DNA of 50,993 nucleotides from the NCBI GenBank assembly GCA_032718475.1, contig JAUCBJ010002889.1, positions 1 through 50,993 on the forward strand, read 5' to 3'. Below the pieces are notes generated by a model. It saw only the letters and a list, made by a program, of their open reading frames with translations. It was not told the DNA's origin and searched no databases. A program made the translations under genes and the position numbers. The stretch's first letter is position 1. Each line of letters starts with the position of its first letter. This DNA comes from Nemertoderma westbladi (taxonomy: Eukaryota; Animalia; Xenacoelomorpha). Below, one piece after another: positions 33,932 to 47,600 of the stretch.

Positions 33932-34512
33932 CTAATGGGAAAATAAAATAATACAATTATATATTTTTTATATAATATTACATCTGGTGATTTTCAATAA
34001 ACATAAACAATTCGCAAAAAAATCACCCAGCGCTTCTGAAAATTAACATCGATATACTTATTCCGCTTTTCAGTTTTTTTTTGTTGTAAACAAACAGGAA
34101 AATATAAAGAAGAAACGTTTCCAACTGACAAGATACATCAAACCAAATAATTAATCTTTGGTATTTTCCGAAAATTATCACAGTCCTACGAAACCAAAAG
34201 GTCAAAATATATAAGGTCTTAGGATAAACTCGAAAGTCAAATAAGATCTAAAGGAATAATATGAGTGGAGGAGAATAAAGGTGAATGATAGATGATTATT
34301 ATCATATTGTAAACACTGAATATTACACTCTTGTATTGCAAGGTACCTGCATAATAGTGTCCGGTGCACATTATATCTAACAGTGTACACAAATGTTTGT
34401 GGATGCAGGAAATTGTACACAATCTATATTAACTATGCACACGAATAGTGAACAATTTGTGTGTATAAATCGAACCTAAAACAATCACAAGGTACAGTTA
34501 CGTGTAACCTAC

Positions 34513-35358
34513 GAGTTGTAAAGTTGTCCATGGCAACAGCAGCTTCAAACCTATCAGCCACAGTTGCTATAGAAACATTGTAAACAGAACCGGGTTGGAG
34601 ATTATCAATAGAGATGTTACTGAACTTGGTAAAGGTTTTATTGGGAAGGTTGCTGCCTCTTATAGAATAATGGACTGAGTAACCAGATATGGTGCAGCTA
34701 CAACTAGGTTGCACCCAGGACACCAACAAGTGGTGTTCACTGGAATCGAGTAGTACAAGGTCACTAGGTGGCGCTATAGTTGTAGGGAACGAATACCAAG
34801 TATCCTGCGAGGGGGCGCTGGGTATATCGTTACTCCAGGCCCCTACCGAGACCTCATAGACAGTGCCAGGTTCCAATCCGTGTAGAACCACTTCCATAGA
34901 GTCAATAGGAGACTCTACAACAAAGTCAACGGCGTCTACGATACTGGGGGTCGAACCCGGGACGTTTCGACAACGAGAGTAAACAGTAAACCGATCCACC
35001 AAACCTGGACCCACAGACCAACCAATGCGGAGAGAGTCGATAGAGGAGTCCAGTCTATACAGGTCGCTAGGCAATGTGGGTAACGTAGCCAATCGGGATA
35101 GAGCTGGATGACTGGGTTTATCGTTGTAAACGGCAATAACATTTATATCATAAACCATCCCGGAGATTAAATCAAACGCTTCGGCCTTGTTTACTACACT
35201 TGTTACCATGGCCACTGTATCCTTATAAGGAGGTAGAAGCGCGGTAAAGGAAACATTGTAATACTCTATAAAAACACCTTCTAGAACATTGTCCCAAGCA
35301 ACGATCATTGATTGGTTGTCATGGGATACAAGATAGAGACCGGTTGGACTTAGTGGAG
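34513..35358 (-). CDS. FN3 host gene exon B copy 3 (3 FN3 domains)
   Basis: 846 nt, ag/gt boundaries, phase 1-1. Motifs IVAWD, LISGMVYDINV, LEPGTVYEVSV, LQPGSVYNVSI. Confidence 0.9.
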
Positions 35359-36563
35359 CTGCATAAAGAAAAATGTGAAAATAAGTCGGGCAAAATATTT
35401 GGTTTAAAAGTTGCGTAAAATTTCGATAAAGAGAACAAATGAAGAAACATACAAACATGCCATTATTTAAATTTTAGGAAAATATATTCGAATTATCTTC
35501 CTAGAACAACAAAAAGGAAATACTGAGGAAGATTGACCAACAAAAATGAAACTAATTAATTAAGAAGATAATAAAACTCACGTGTAGAGAATTCTAGAAT
35601 CCCGGATTCTCCACGCGCCTCTGTTAGTTTAATGGTTTGGACGTTGTCTTTATTATGATGAAAATATTATAGTTTTAGTTCTGCTTTTTAATGTCTATAT
35701 TTTCAACTTATTATTTACGGTCTCCAAATATAACTTTACCGGTAATTAAATCTATTCTATTTCCCTTTCTCTCTCTCTCCCTAATGAAAGTTACATGCAG
35801 TATTTAAGCAAGCGAGTGTTAGCGGTTTCTTGCAGCAGACATGTGATATGTCACTAAGTATCTGTTTAATTGACATCTACTGTATAAGGGTTATTTATTA
35901 TTGAGACTACATCACTGTTTTGCACATGAAATCAACATGCTGTATCTTAAGTAAATAAATAAGGTGTTTTGCTTTGTAGAAAGATAGGTAAAATGTATTA
36001 AATAACAGTTTTATGAAAATACTAAATTTGATTTTGTGATTAAATTATTTCTAAGTTTCCTTGACTATTCGGCATGCACTACAAGTTCACAAAGTCAAAG
36101 CTGCAGGTAATAGTATCGTAGTACGTTGCATTAATTATTGGTAACATTTACATCCGCTAGCTGGTTCAGCGCAATGGTTGCCATTAGTAACCCTAATAAT
36201 GGGTCCACTAGTAACAACAGTAATAATTAGTGTCCTTTGTAACCATAGCCCATTGTAATAGGGGTTCCGTTAGTAACCATATTAATGGATGTAATTCAGT
36301 AATTAGTATCATAGTTTTATGTCGATGTATTGGAGTTCGGCAGATATCCGGCGATATGCTGGCAAAATACTGGTCCCTTAACTTCCTACGGTTGCTATGG
36401 TAGTGGTAGTTTGGATCCTTCGCATTTTGTCAACTTCTCACAAATGGGTTGGATACGTTGGATATTATTACAATAAATTAAACTCAATACTCTAGGTAAT
36501 TAAGTAGCCTGTACCGTAGTCGGGTACCTGATAAACAAATATTAATGTTTACTCTCCACTTAC

Positions 36564-37169
36564 CTGTAGTAAACGTTTTTATAGTATGTGAATCGTCAGT
36601 AAGTTGAGAGAGAGTTGACTTCGTCCACAAAGTCACATCATACTCGGTACCAGGAGTTAGTTGTGTAAGTTTTACTTCCGTGGTGTCAGACTGTTCAAGT
36701 ACTCCATTATTTACGGATATAATATAGTCCACATTCTCTCCAACACTGTTCCAACTTACTGTTGCGCTGTTTGTTGTAACCGCAGAAACCGTCACACTAT
36801 TAATATCAACGGATTTCGGTCTGGTGTATCCGGTAGTAGTCGCAGGTGGACCAATCTCAGGGACACCATTATTGTTATAAACAACTTCAACCGCTATAGT
36901 GTACTCCGTGTTCGATTCGAGTCCACTACAGGTGGCTGTTAAACCAGTAACGATACATTCCGAAGGCGAGGTAACTGAAGACGTGTAACTAGAACTACCG
37001 GTAGAAGGCTCTGCAACCTTATTCCAACCGAATGTAATGGAAACTTCTGTCTGTGACGTAATAGTTAATCCCGTTACCATGGGTATGGCGTCGGTACTTA
37101 TCGCCGTTGTCCCCGTCGTATAATTATCTCCGGATAAGTTGGTGATTAACGTAACGTTGTAAAAAACAT
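36564..37169 (-). CDS. FN3-repeat host gene, exon (end of one FN3 plus 2 FN3)
   Basis: tttacag|ATG...ACAG|gtaagt, 606 nt, phase 1-1. Reads DVFYNVTL...ITFGW...LESNTEYTIAV...VSW...LTPGTEYDVTL. Confidence 0.88.
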
Positions 37170-37571
37170 CTGTAAATAATTAGGTTTAAATATTATTACG
37201 TATAGGTTTGATTGTTGATTTTGTTGTTTAATGAAAATCATCAAGCACCGGTAGGTTATAGCTGCAAGCACGATATACCGGCTGCCGAACACACTAGAGA
37301 GAGGGGTGGTCCACACGACAATACGGCAGTCGGCGCAGATCGAGAGATGTCAGTAACGGTGCGGCGTTATATACTGGCGCACAGATGCTCTGTTATCCGC
37401 GATCTCTTTAGAAGTTAAAAGTAAAGTAAAGGTAAAAGCACTGCACATCTTAAATTGAATGTTTCATTATTAGCGGTTGCTATTTACATATGTTCCATTA
37501 TATGAGCGGTTGCGTTAATCACGAAATACTACAACAGGTTACTAATATGGCGGCAGGGTAGCACACTTGGT

Positions 37572-38163
37572 TGATAGGTGCGCGAAAAAATTATTGGGTT
37601 AGAAACAATCGAATAAGGTGTAACAATGTGCCCTGAATTTTCTTATATTGGTTTCTATGGTTAGAGATTTTGAATCCATTCAAATACACATTTAATCTCA
37701 ATCACTTCACACGTGGCTTATATCAATTGAAAGCGGAAAGTCTGGCGCGTCTTTTAACACTAAAATTAATTAAATGATGAGAAAGATTGATAAAATCTGT
37801 TCGCATTTGCAAACTCGGAAGATAGCCTGACTGGTATGCAAGCAACAGCCTCAGCCTAATTGCAGTATCTAGGTATTGCAGCTTTACTTCATTAAGTAGG
37901 ATGTGTATTTGAATCGATCAACAATTACTATCCATAGAAACCTATATAAGAAATTATCAGAGCACTGCGTAATGACGTCAAATATGTAGCAGCCAATCAC
38001 AGCCGATTTTAAGAATTGGCTTCCCGCGCTTTCTTACCCGCCATTTCGACCGTTTCCTCGTGTTATTTACAACAAACACACCCCGCCACTCGATTCAGGG
38101 CACATTGTTACCCCTTATTCAATTATTTCAACCTAAACAATTTTTTCGCGAACCATCCCTATT
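37572..38163. mobile_element. Second, diverged copy of the same MITE family, opposite orientation
   Basis: Shares AAATATGTAGCAGCCAATCACAGCCGATTTT and the reverse complement of TTAATGAAGTAAAGCTGCAATAC and of AAGCCACGTGTGAA with 991-1799. Confidence 0.8.
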
Positions 38164-38656
38164 GCATTAACGACTACGAGCACGGTAATGAGTGGTGTAA
38201 ACCGCCAATAGGGATTCTGTGTTTAGAATTGTATGTCCAATGAGTTATGGGTAAATCATTATATTATACCAGCGCACACCAAAAGTAATCTAATATTCTC
38301 AATCCCTTTTTAAGAGATGCTGATTTCACTTAGGTCACTAAACTCTCAGAATCGCGAATCAGATAGAGTTGAACGTAACGTAATAAAATGATAGGGTCAC
38401 TAAATTATAATAACTAATTAATATCGGCCGACGACCAACTTACTTTGATTAAGTCCGTCACAAGTGCCCGTAGTTATTCCTTTATCAATCATAGTTTCAT
38501 GGACTTGGATATCACCGGTTCCCGGATTATCACATTTCACAACATAATTGTTTATAAATTCGTTTATAGGATCGTCTATTTCCCAATTGATAGTGATGGA
38601 GTGATGTGTGGCAGAATATCCCTCAGTTAAAACCTGTTCCCGAGCTAAAATAAAGG

Positions 38657-41600
38657 AAAGGTGTCCCTGTTAGATATAAAGGTAAACAATGTCACAATAA
38701 AGTTGTGTCTGTTAGATATAAAGGTAAACAACGTCACAATAAAGGTGTGTCTGTTAGATATGAAGGTAAACAACGTCACAATAAAGGTGTCTGTTAGATA
38801 TAAAGGTAAACAATGTCACAATAAAGGTGTGTCTGTTAGATATGAAGGTAAACAATGTCACAATAAAGGTGTGTCTGTTAGATATAAAGGTAAACAATGT
38901 CACAATAAAGGTGTGTCTGTTAGATATAAAGGTAAACAATGTCACAATAAAGGTGTGTCTGTTAGATATAAAGGTAAACAATGTCACAATAAAGGTGTGT
39001 CTGTTAGATATAAAGGTAAACAACGTCACAATAAAGGTGTGTCTGTTAGATATGAAGGTAAACAACGTCACAATAAAGGTGTGTCTGTTAGATATGAAGG
39101 TAAACAACGTCACAATAAAGGTGTGTCTGTTAGATATAAAGGTAAACAATGTCACAATAAAGGTGTGTCTGTTAGATATAAAGGTAAACAATGTCACAAT
39201 AAAGGTGTGTCTGTTAGATATAAAGGTAAACAACGTCACAATAAAGGTGTGTCTGTTAGATATGAAGGTAAACAACGTCACAATAAAGGTGTGTCTGTTA
39301 GATATAAAGGTAAACAACGTCACAATAAAGGTGTGTCTGTTAGATATGAAGGTAAACAATGTCACAATAAAGGTGTGTCTGTTAGATATAAAGGTAAACA
39401 ACGTCACAATAAAGGTGTGTCTGTTAGATATGAAGGTAAACAATGTCACAATAAAGGTGTGTCTGTTAGATATGAAGGTAAACAACGTCACAATAAAGGT
39501 GTGTCTGTTAGATATAAAGGTAAACAATGTCACAATAAAGGTGTGTCTGTTAGATATAAAGGTAAACAATGTCACAATAAAGGTGTGTCTGTTAGATATA
39601 AAGGTAAACAACGTCACAATAAAGGTATCTGTTAGATATAAAGGTAAACAATGTCACAATAAAGGTGTGTCTGTTAGATATAAAGGTAAACAATGTCACA
39701 ATAAAGGTGTGTCTGTTAGATATGAAGGTAAACAACGTCACAATAAAGGTGTGTCTGTTAGATATAAAGGTAAACAACGTCACAATAAAGGTGTGTCTGT
39801 TAGATATAAAGGTAAACAATGTCACAATAAAGGTGTGTCTGTTAGATATGAAGGTAAACAACGTCACAATAAAGGTGTGTCTGTTAGATATAAAAGTAAA
39901 CAACGTCACAATAAAGGTGTGTCTGTTAGATATAAAGGTAAGCAATGTCACAATAAAGGTGTGTCTGTTAGATATAAAGGTAAACAATGTCACAATAAAG
40001 GTGTGTCTGTTAGATATAAAGGTAAACAATGTCACAATAAAGGTGTGTCTGTTAGATATAAAGGTAAACAACGTCACAATAAAGGTATCTGTTAGATATA
40101 AAGGTAAACAATGTCACAATAAAGGTGTGTCTGTTAGATATGAAGGTAAACAATGTCACAATAAAGGTGTGTCTGTTAGATATAAAGGTAAACAACGTCA
40201 CAATAAAGGTGTGTCTGTTAGATATAAAGGTAAGCAACGTCACAATAAAGGTGTGTCTGTTAGATATAAAGGTAAACAATGTCACAATAAAGGTGTGTCT
40301 GTTAGATATGAAGGTAAACAATGTCACAATAAAGGTGTGTCTGTTAGATATAAAGGTAAACAACGTCACAATAAAGGTATCTGTTAGATATAAAGGTAAA
40401 CAATGTCACAATAAAGGTGTGTCTGTTAGATATGAAGGTAAACAATGTCACAATAAAGGTGTGTCTGTTAGATATAAAGGTAAACAACGTCACAATAAAG
40501 GTGTGTCTGTTAGATATAAAGGTAAACAACGTCACAATAAAGGTATCTGTTAGATATAAAGGTAAACAATGTCACAATAAAGGTGTGTCTGTTAGATATG
40601 AAGGTAAACAATGTCACAATAAAGGTGTGTCTGTTAGATATAAAGGTAAACAACGTCACAATAAAGGTGTGTCTGTTAGATATAAAGGTAAACAATGTCA
40701 CAATAAAGGTGTGTCTGTTAGATATAAAGGTAAACAATGTCACAATAAAGGTGTGTCTGTTAGATATAAAGGTAAACAATGTCACAATAAAGGTGTGTCT
40801 GTTAGATATAAAGGTAAACAACGTCACAATAAAGGTGTGTCTGTTAGATATAAAGGTAAACAACGTCACAATAAAGGTATCTGTTAGATATAAAGGTAAA
40901 CAATGTCACAATAAAGGTGTGTCTGTTAGATATGAAGGTAAACAATGTCACAATAAAGGTGTGTCTGTTAGATATAAAGGTAAACAACGTCACAATAAAG
41001 GTGTGTCTGTTAGATATAAAGGTAAACAATGTCACAATAAAGGTGTGTCTGTTAGATATGAAGGTAAACAATGTCACAATAAAGGTGTGTCTGTTAGATA
41101 TAAAGGTAAACAACGTCACAATAAAGGTGTGTCTGTTAGATATAAAGGTAAGCAATGTCACAATAAAGGTGTGTCTGTTAGATATAAAGGTAAACAATGT
41201 CACAATAAAGGTGTGTCTGTTAGATATGAAGGTAAACAATGTCACAATAAAGGTGTGTCTGTTAGATATAAAGGTAAACAATGTCACAATAAAGGTGTGT
41301 CTGTTAGATATGAAGGTAAACAATGTCACAATAAAGGTGTGTCTGTTAGATATAAAGGTAAACAACGTCACAATAAAGGTGTGTCTGTTAGATATGAAGG
41401 TAAACAATGTCACAATAAAGGTGTGTCTGTTAGATATGAAGGTAAACAACGTCACAATAAAGGTGTGTCTGTTAGATATAAAGGTAAACAATGTCACAAT
41501 AAAGGTGTGTCTGTTAGATATGAAGGTAAACAACGTCACAATAAAGGTGTGTCTGTTAGATATAAAGGTAAACAACGTCACAATAAAGGTGTGTCTGTTA

Positions 41601-44600
41601 GATATAAAGGTAAACAATGTCACAATAAAGGTGTGTCTGTTAGATATGAAGGTAAACAACGTCACAATAAAGGTGTGTCTGTTAGATATAAAAGTAAACA
41701 ACGTCACAATAAAGGTGTGTCTGTTAGATATGAAGGTAAACAACGTCACAATAAAGGTGTGTCTGTTAGATATAAAGGTAAACAATGTCACAATAAAGGT
41801 GTGTCTGTTAGATATAAAAGTAAACAACGTCACAATAAAGGTGTGTCTGTTAGATATGAAGGTAAACAACGTCACAATAAAGGTGTGTCTGTTAGATATA
41901 AAGGTAAACAATGTCACAATAAAGGTGTGTCTGTTAGATATAAAGGTAAACAACGTCACAATAAAGGTGTGTCTGTTAGATATAAAAGTAAACAACGTCA
42001 CAATAAAGGTGTGTCTGTTAGATATAAAAGTAAACAACGTCACAATAAAGGTGTGTCTGTTAGATATAAAAGTAAACAACGTCACAATAAAGGTGTCTGT
42101 TAGATATGAAGGTAAACAACGTCACAATAAAGGTGTCTGTTAGATATGAAGGTAAACAACGTCACAATAAAGGTGTCTGTTAGATATGAAGGTAAACAAT
42201 GTCACAATAAAGGTGTGTCTGTTAGATATAAAGGTAAACAATGTCACAATAAAGGTGTGTCTGTTAGATATAAAGGTAAACAATGTCATAATAAAGGTGT
42301 CTCTGTTAGATATAAAGGTAAACAACGTCACAATAAAGGTGTGTCTGTTAGATATAAAGGTAAACAATGTCATAATAAAGGTGTCTCTGTTAGATATAAA
42401 GGTAAACAACGTCACAATAAAGGTGTGTCTGTTAGATATAAAGCTAAACAACGTCACAATAAAGGTGTGTCTGTTAGATATAAAGGTAAACAATGTCACA
42501 ATAAAGGTGTGTCTGTTAGATATAAAGGTAAACAACGTCACAATAAAGGTGTGTCTGTTAGATATAAAGGTAAACAACGTCACAATAAAGGTGTGTCTGT
42601 TAGATATAAAGGTAAACAACCTCACAATAAAGGTGTGTCTGTTAGATATAAAGGTAAACAACGTCACAATAAAGGTGTGTCTGTCAGATATAAAGCTAAA
42701 CAACGTCACAATAAAGGTGTGTCTGTTAGATATAAAGGTAAACAATGTCACAATAAAGGTGTGTCTGTTAGATATAAAGGTAAACAATGTCACAATAAAG
42801 GTGTGTCTGTTAGATATAAAGGTAAACAATGTCACAATAAAGGTGTGTCTGTTAGATATAAAGGTAAACAACGTCACAATAAAGGTGTGTCTGTTAGATA
42901 TAAAGGTAAACAATGTCACAATAAAGGTGTGTCTGTTAGATATAAAGGTAAACAACGTCACAATAAAGGTGTGTCTGTTAGATATAAAGGTAAACAACGT
43001 CACAATAAAGGTGTGTCTGTTAGATATAAAGGTAAACAATGTCACAATAAAGGTGTGTCTGTTAGATATAAAGGTAAACAATGTCACAATAAAGGTGTGT
43101 CTGTTAGATATAAAGGTAAACAACGTCACAATAAAGGTGTGTCTGTTAGATATAAAGGTAAACAATGTCACAATAAAGGTGTGTCTGTTAGATATAAAGG
43201 TAAACAACGTCACAATAAAGGTGTGTCTGTTAGATATAAAGGTAAACAACGTCACAATAAAGGTGTGTCTGTTAGATATGAAGGTAAACAACGTCACAAT
43301 AAAGGTGTGTCTGTTAGATATAAAGGTAAACAATGTCACAATAAAGGTGTGTCTGTTAGATATAAAGGTAAACAATGTCACAATAAAGGTGTGTCTGTTA
43401 GATATAAAGGTAAACAATGTCACAATAAAGGTGTGTCTGTTAGATATAAAGGTAAACAACGTCACAATAAAGGTGTGTCTGTTAGATATAAAGGTAAACA
43501 ATGTCACAATAAAGGTGTGTCTGTTAGATATAAAGGTAAACAACGTCACAATAAAGGTGTGTCTGTTAGATATAAAGGTAAACAACGTCACAATAAAGGT
43601 GTGTCTGTTAGATATGAAGGTAAACAACGTCACAATAAAGGTGTGTCTGTTAGATATAAAGGTAAACAATGTCACAATAAAGGTGTGTCTGTTAGATATA
43701 AAGGTAAACAATGTCACAATAAAGGTGTGTCTGTTAGATATAAAGGTAAACAATGTCACAATAAAGGTGTGTCTGTTAGATATAAAGGTAAACAATGTCA
43801 CAATAAAGGTGTGTCTGTTAGATATGAAGGTAAACAATGTCACAATAACGGTGTGTCTGTTAGATATAAAGGTAAACAATGTCACAATAAAGGTGTGTCT
43901 GTTAGATATGAAGGTAAACAACGTCACAATAAAGGTGTGTCTGTTAGATATAAAGGTAAACAACGTCACAATAAAGGTGTGTCTGTTAGATATGAAGGTA
44001 AACAACGTCACAATAAAGGTGTGTCTGTTAGATATAAAGGTAAACAACGTCACAATAAAGGTGTGTCTGTTAGATATAAAGGTAAACAACGTCACAATAA
44101 AGGTGTGTCTGTTAGATATAAAGCTAAACAACGTCACAATAAAGGTGTGTCTGTTAGATATAAAGGTAAACAACGTCACAATAAAGGTGTTTCTGTTAGA
44201 TATAAAGGTAAACAATGTCACAATAAAGGTGTGTCTGTTAGATATAAAGGTAAACAATGTCACAATAAAGGTGTGTCTGTTAGATATAAAGGTAAACAAC
44301 GTCACAATAAAGGTGTGTCTGTTAGATATAAAGGTAAACAATGTCACAATAAAGGTGTGTCTGTTAGATATAAAGGTAAACAATGTCACAATAAAGGTGT
44401 GTCTGTTAGATATAAAGGTAAACAACGTCACAATAAAGGTGTCTGTTAGATATAAAGGTAAACAATGTCACAATAAAGGTGTGTCTGTTAGATATAAAGG
44501 TAAACAATGTCACAATAAAGGTGTGTCTGTTAGATATAAAGGTAAACAACGTCACAATAAAGGTGTGTCTGTTAGATATAAAGGTAAACAATGTCACAAT

Positions 44601-47600
44601 AAAGGTGTGTCTGTTAGATATAAAGGTAAACAACGTCACAATAAAGGTGTCTGTTAGATATAAAGGTAAACAATGTCACAATAAAGGTGTGTCTGTTAGA
44701 TATAAAGGTAAACAATGTCACAATAAAGGTGTGTCTGTTAGATATGAAGGTAAACAATGTCACAATAAAGGTGTGTCTGTTAGATATGAAGGTAAACAAC
44801 GTCACAATAAAGGTGTGTCTGTTAGATATAAAGGTAAACAACGTCACAATAAAGGTGTGTCTGTTAGATATAAAGGTAAACAACGTCACAATAAAGGTGT
44901 GTCTGTTAGATATAAAGCTAAACAACGTCACAATAAAGGTGTGTCTGTTAGATATAAAGGTAAACAATGTCACAATAAAGGTGTGTCTGTTAGATATAAA
45001 GGTAAACAATGTCACAATAAAGCTGTGTCTGTTAGATATAAAGGTAAACAACGTCACAATAAAGGTGTGTCTGTTAGATATAAAGGTAAACAATGTCACA
45101 ATAAAGGTGTGTCTGTTAGATATAAAGGTAAACAATGTCACAATAAAGGTGTGTCTGTTAGATATAAAGGTAAACAATGTCACAATAAAGGTGTGTCTGT
45201 TAGATATAAAGGTAAACAACGTCACAATAAAGGTGTGTCTGTTAGATATAAAGGTAAACAATGTCACAATAAAGGTGTGTCTGTTAGATATAAAGGTAAA
45301 CAATGTCACAATAAAGGTGTGTCTGTTAGATATAAAGGTAAACAATGTCACAATAAAGGTGTGTCTGTTAGATATAAAGGTAAACAACGTCACAATAAAG
45401 GTGTGTCTGTTAGATATAAAGGTAAACAATGTCACAATAAAGGTGTGTCTGTTAGATATAAAGGTAAACAACGTCACAATAAAGGTGTGTCTGTTAGATA
45501 TAAAGGTAAACAACGTCACAATAAAGGTGTGTCTGTTAGATATAAAGGTAAACAACGTCACAATAAAGGTGTGTCTGTTAGATATAAAGCTAAACAACGT
45601 CACAATAAAGGTGTGTCTGTTAGATATAAAGGTAAACAATGTCACAATAAAGGTGTGTCTGTTAGATATAAAGGTAAACAATGTCACAATAAAGGTGTGT
45701 CTGTTAGATATGAAGGTAAACAATGTCACAATAAAGGTGTGTCTGTTAGATATAAAGGTAAACAATGTCACAATAAAGGTGTGTCTGTTAGATATAAAGG
45801 TAAACAACGTCACAATAAAGGTGTGTCTGTTAGATATAAAGGTAAACAACGTCACAATAAAGGTGTGTCTGTTAGATATAAAGGTAAACAATGTCACAAT
45901 AAAGGTGTGTCTGTTAGATATAAAGGTAAACAATGTCACAATAAAGGTGTGTCTGTTAGATATGAAGGTAAACAATGTCACAATAAAGGTGTGTCTGTTA
46001 GATATAAAGGTAAACAATGTCACAATAAAGGTGTGTCTGTTAGATATAAAGGTAAACAACGTCACAATAAAGGTGTGTCTGTTAGATATAAAGGTAAACA
46101 ATGTCACAATAAAGGTGTGTCTGTTAGATATAAAGGTAAACAATGTCACAATAAAGGTGTGTCTGTTAGATATAAAGGTAAACAATGTCACAATAAAGGT
46201 GTGTCTGTTAGATATGAAGGTAAACAATGTCACAATAAAGGTGTGTCTGTTAGATATAAAGGTAAACAATGTCACAATAAAGGTGTGTCTGTTAGATATA
46301 AAGGTAAACAACGTCACAATAAAGGTGTGTCTGTTAGATATGAAGGTAAACAATGTCACAATAAAGGTGTGTCTGTTAGATATAAAGGTAAACAATGTCA
46401 CAATAAAGGTGTGTCTGTTAGATATAAAGGTAAACAACGTCACAATAAAGGTGTGTCTGTTAGATATAAAGGTAAACAATGTCACAATAAAGGTGTGTCT
46501 GTTAGATATAAAGATAAACAACGTCACAATAAAGGTGTGTCTGTTAGATATAAAGGTAAACAATGTCACAATAAAGGTGTGTCTGTTAGATATGAAGGTA
46601 AACAATGTCACAATAAAGGTGTGTCTGTTAGATATAAAGGTAAACAATGTCACAATAAAGGTGTGTCTGTTAGATATAAAGGTAAACAACGTCACAATAA
46701 AGGTGTGTCTGTTAGATATGAAGGTAAACAATGTCACAATAAAGGTGTGTCTGTTAGATATAAAGGTAAACAATGTCACAATAAAGGTGTTTCTGTTAGA
46801 TATAAAGGTAAACAACGTCACAATAAAGGTGTGTCTGTTAGATATAAAGGTAAACAATGTCACAATAAAGGTGTGTCTGTTAGATATAAAGGTAAACAAC
46901 GTCACAATAAAGGTGTGTCTGTTAGATATGAAGCTAAACAATGTCACAATAAAGGTGTGTCTGTTAGATATAAAGGTAAACAACGTCACAATAAAGGTGT
47001 GTCTGTTAGATATGAAGGTAAACAATGTCACAATAAAGGTGTGTCTGTTAGATATAAAGGTAAACAACGTCACAATAAAGGTGTGTCTGTTAGATATGAA
47101 GGTAAACAATGTCACAATAAAGGTGTGTCTGTTAGATATAAAGGTAAACAACGTCACAATAAAGGTGTGTCTGTTAGATATGAAGGTAAACAATGTCACA
47201 ATAAAGGTGTGTCTGTTAGATATAAAGGTAAACAACGTCACAATAAAGGTGTGTCTGTTAGATATAAAGGTAAACAATGTCACAATAAAGGTGTGTCTGT
47301 TAGATATAAAGGTAAACAATGTCACAATAAAGGTGTGTCTGTTAGATATAAAGGTAAACAATGTCACAATAAAGGTGTGTCTGTTAGATATAAAGGTAAA
47401 CAATGTCACAATAAAGGTGTGTCTGTTAGATATAAAGGTAAACAACGTCACAATAAAGGTGTGTCTGTTAGATATAAAGGTAAACAATGTCACAATAAAG
47501 GTGTGTCTGTTAGATATAAAGGTAAACAACGTCACAATAAAGGTGTGTCTGTTAGATATAAAGGTAAACAACGACACAATAAAGGTGTGTCTGTTAGATA

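Larger units (their letters stand above)
29405..35628 (-). repeat. Tandem segmental duplication of the exon A/exon B cassette (periods ~2629 and ~2470 bp)
   Basis: Both exons and introns are near-identical between copies. The third A copy is truncated at ~35628. Confidence 0.95.

Noticed and set aside
3761-37169. Specific gene symbol (for example PTPRQ, PTPRB or tenascin) for the FN3 gene
   Set aside because: Only FN3 repeats are in the window, and there is no diagnostic domain.
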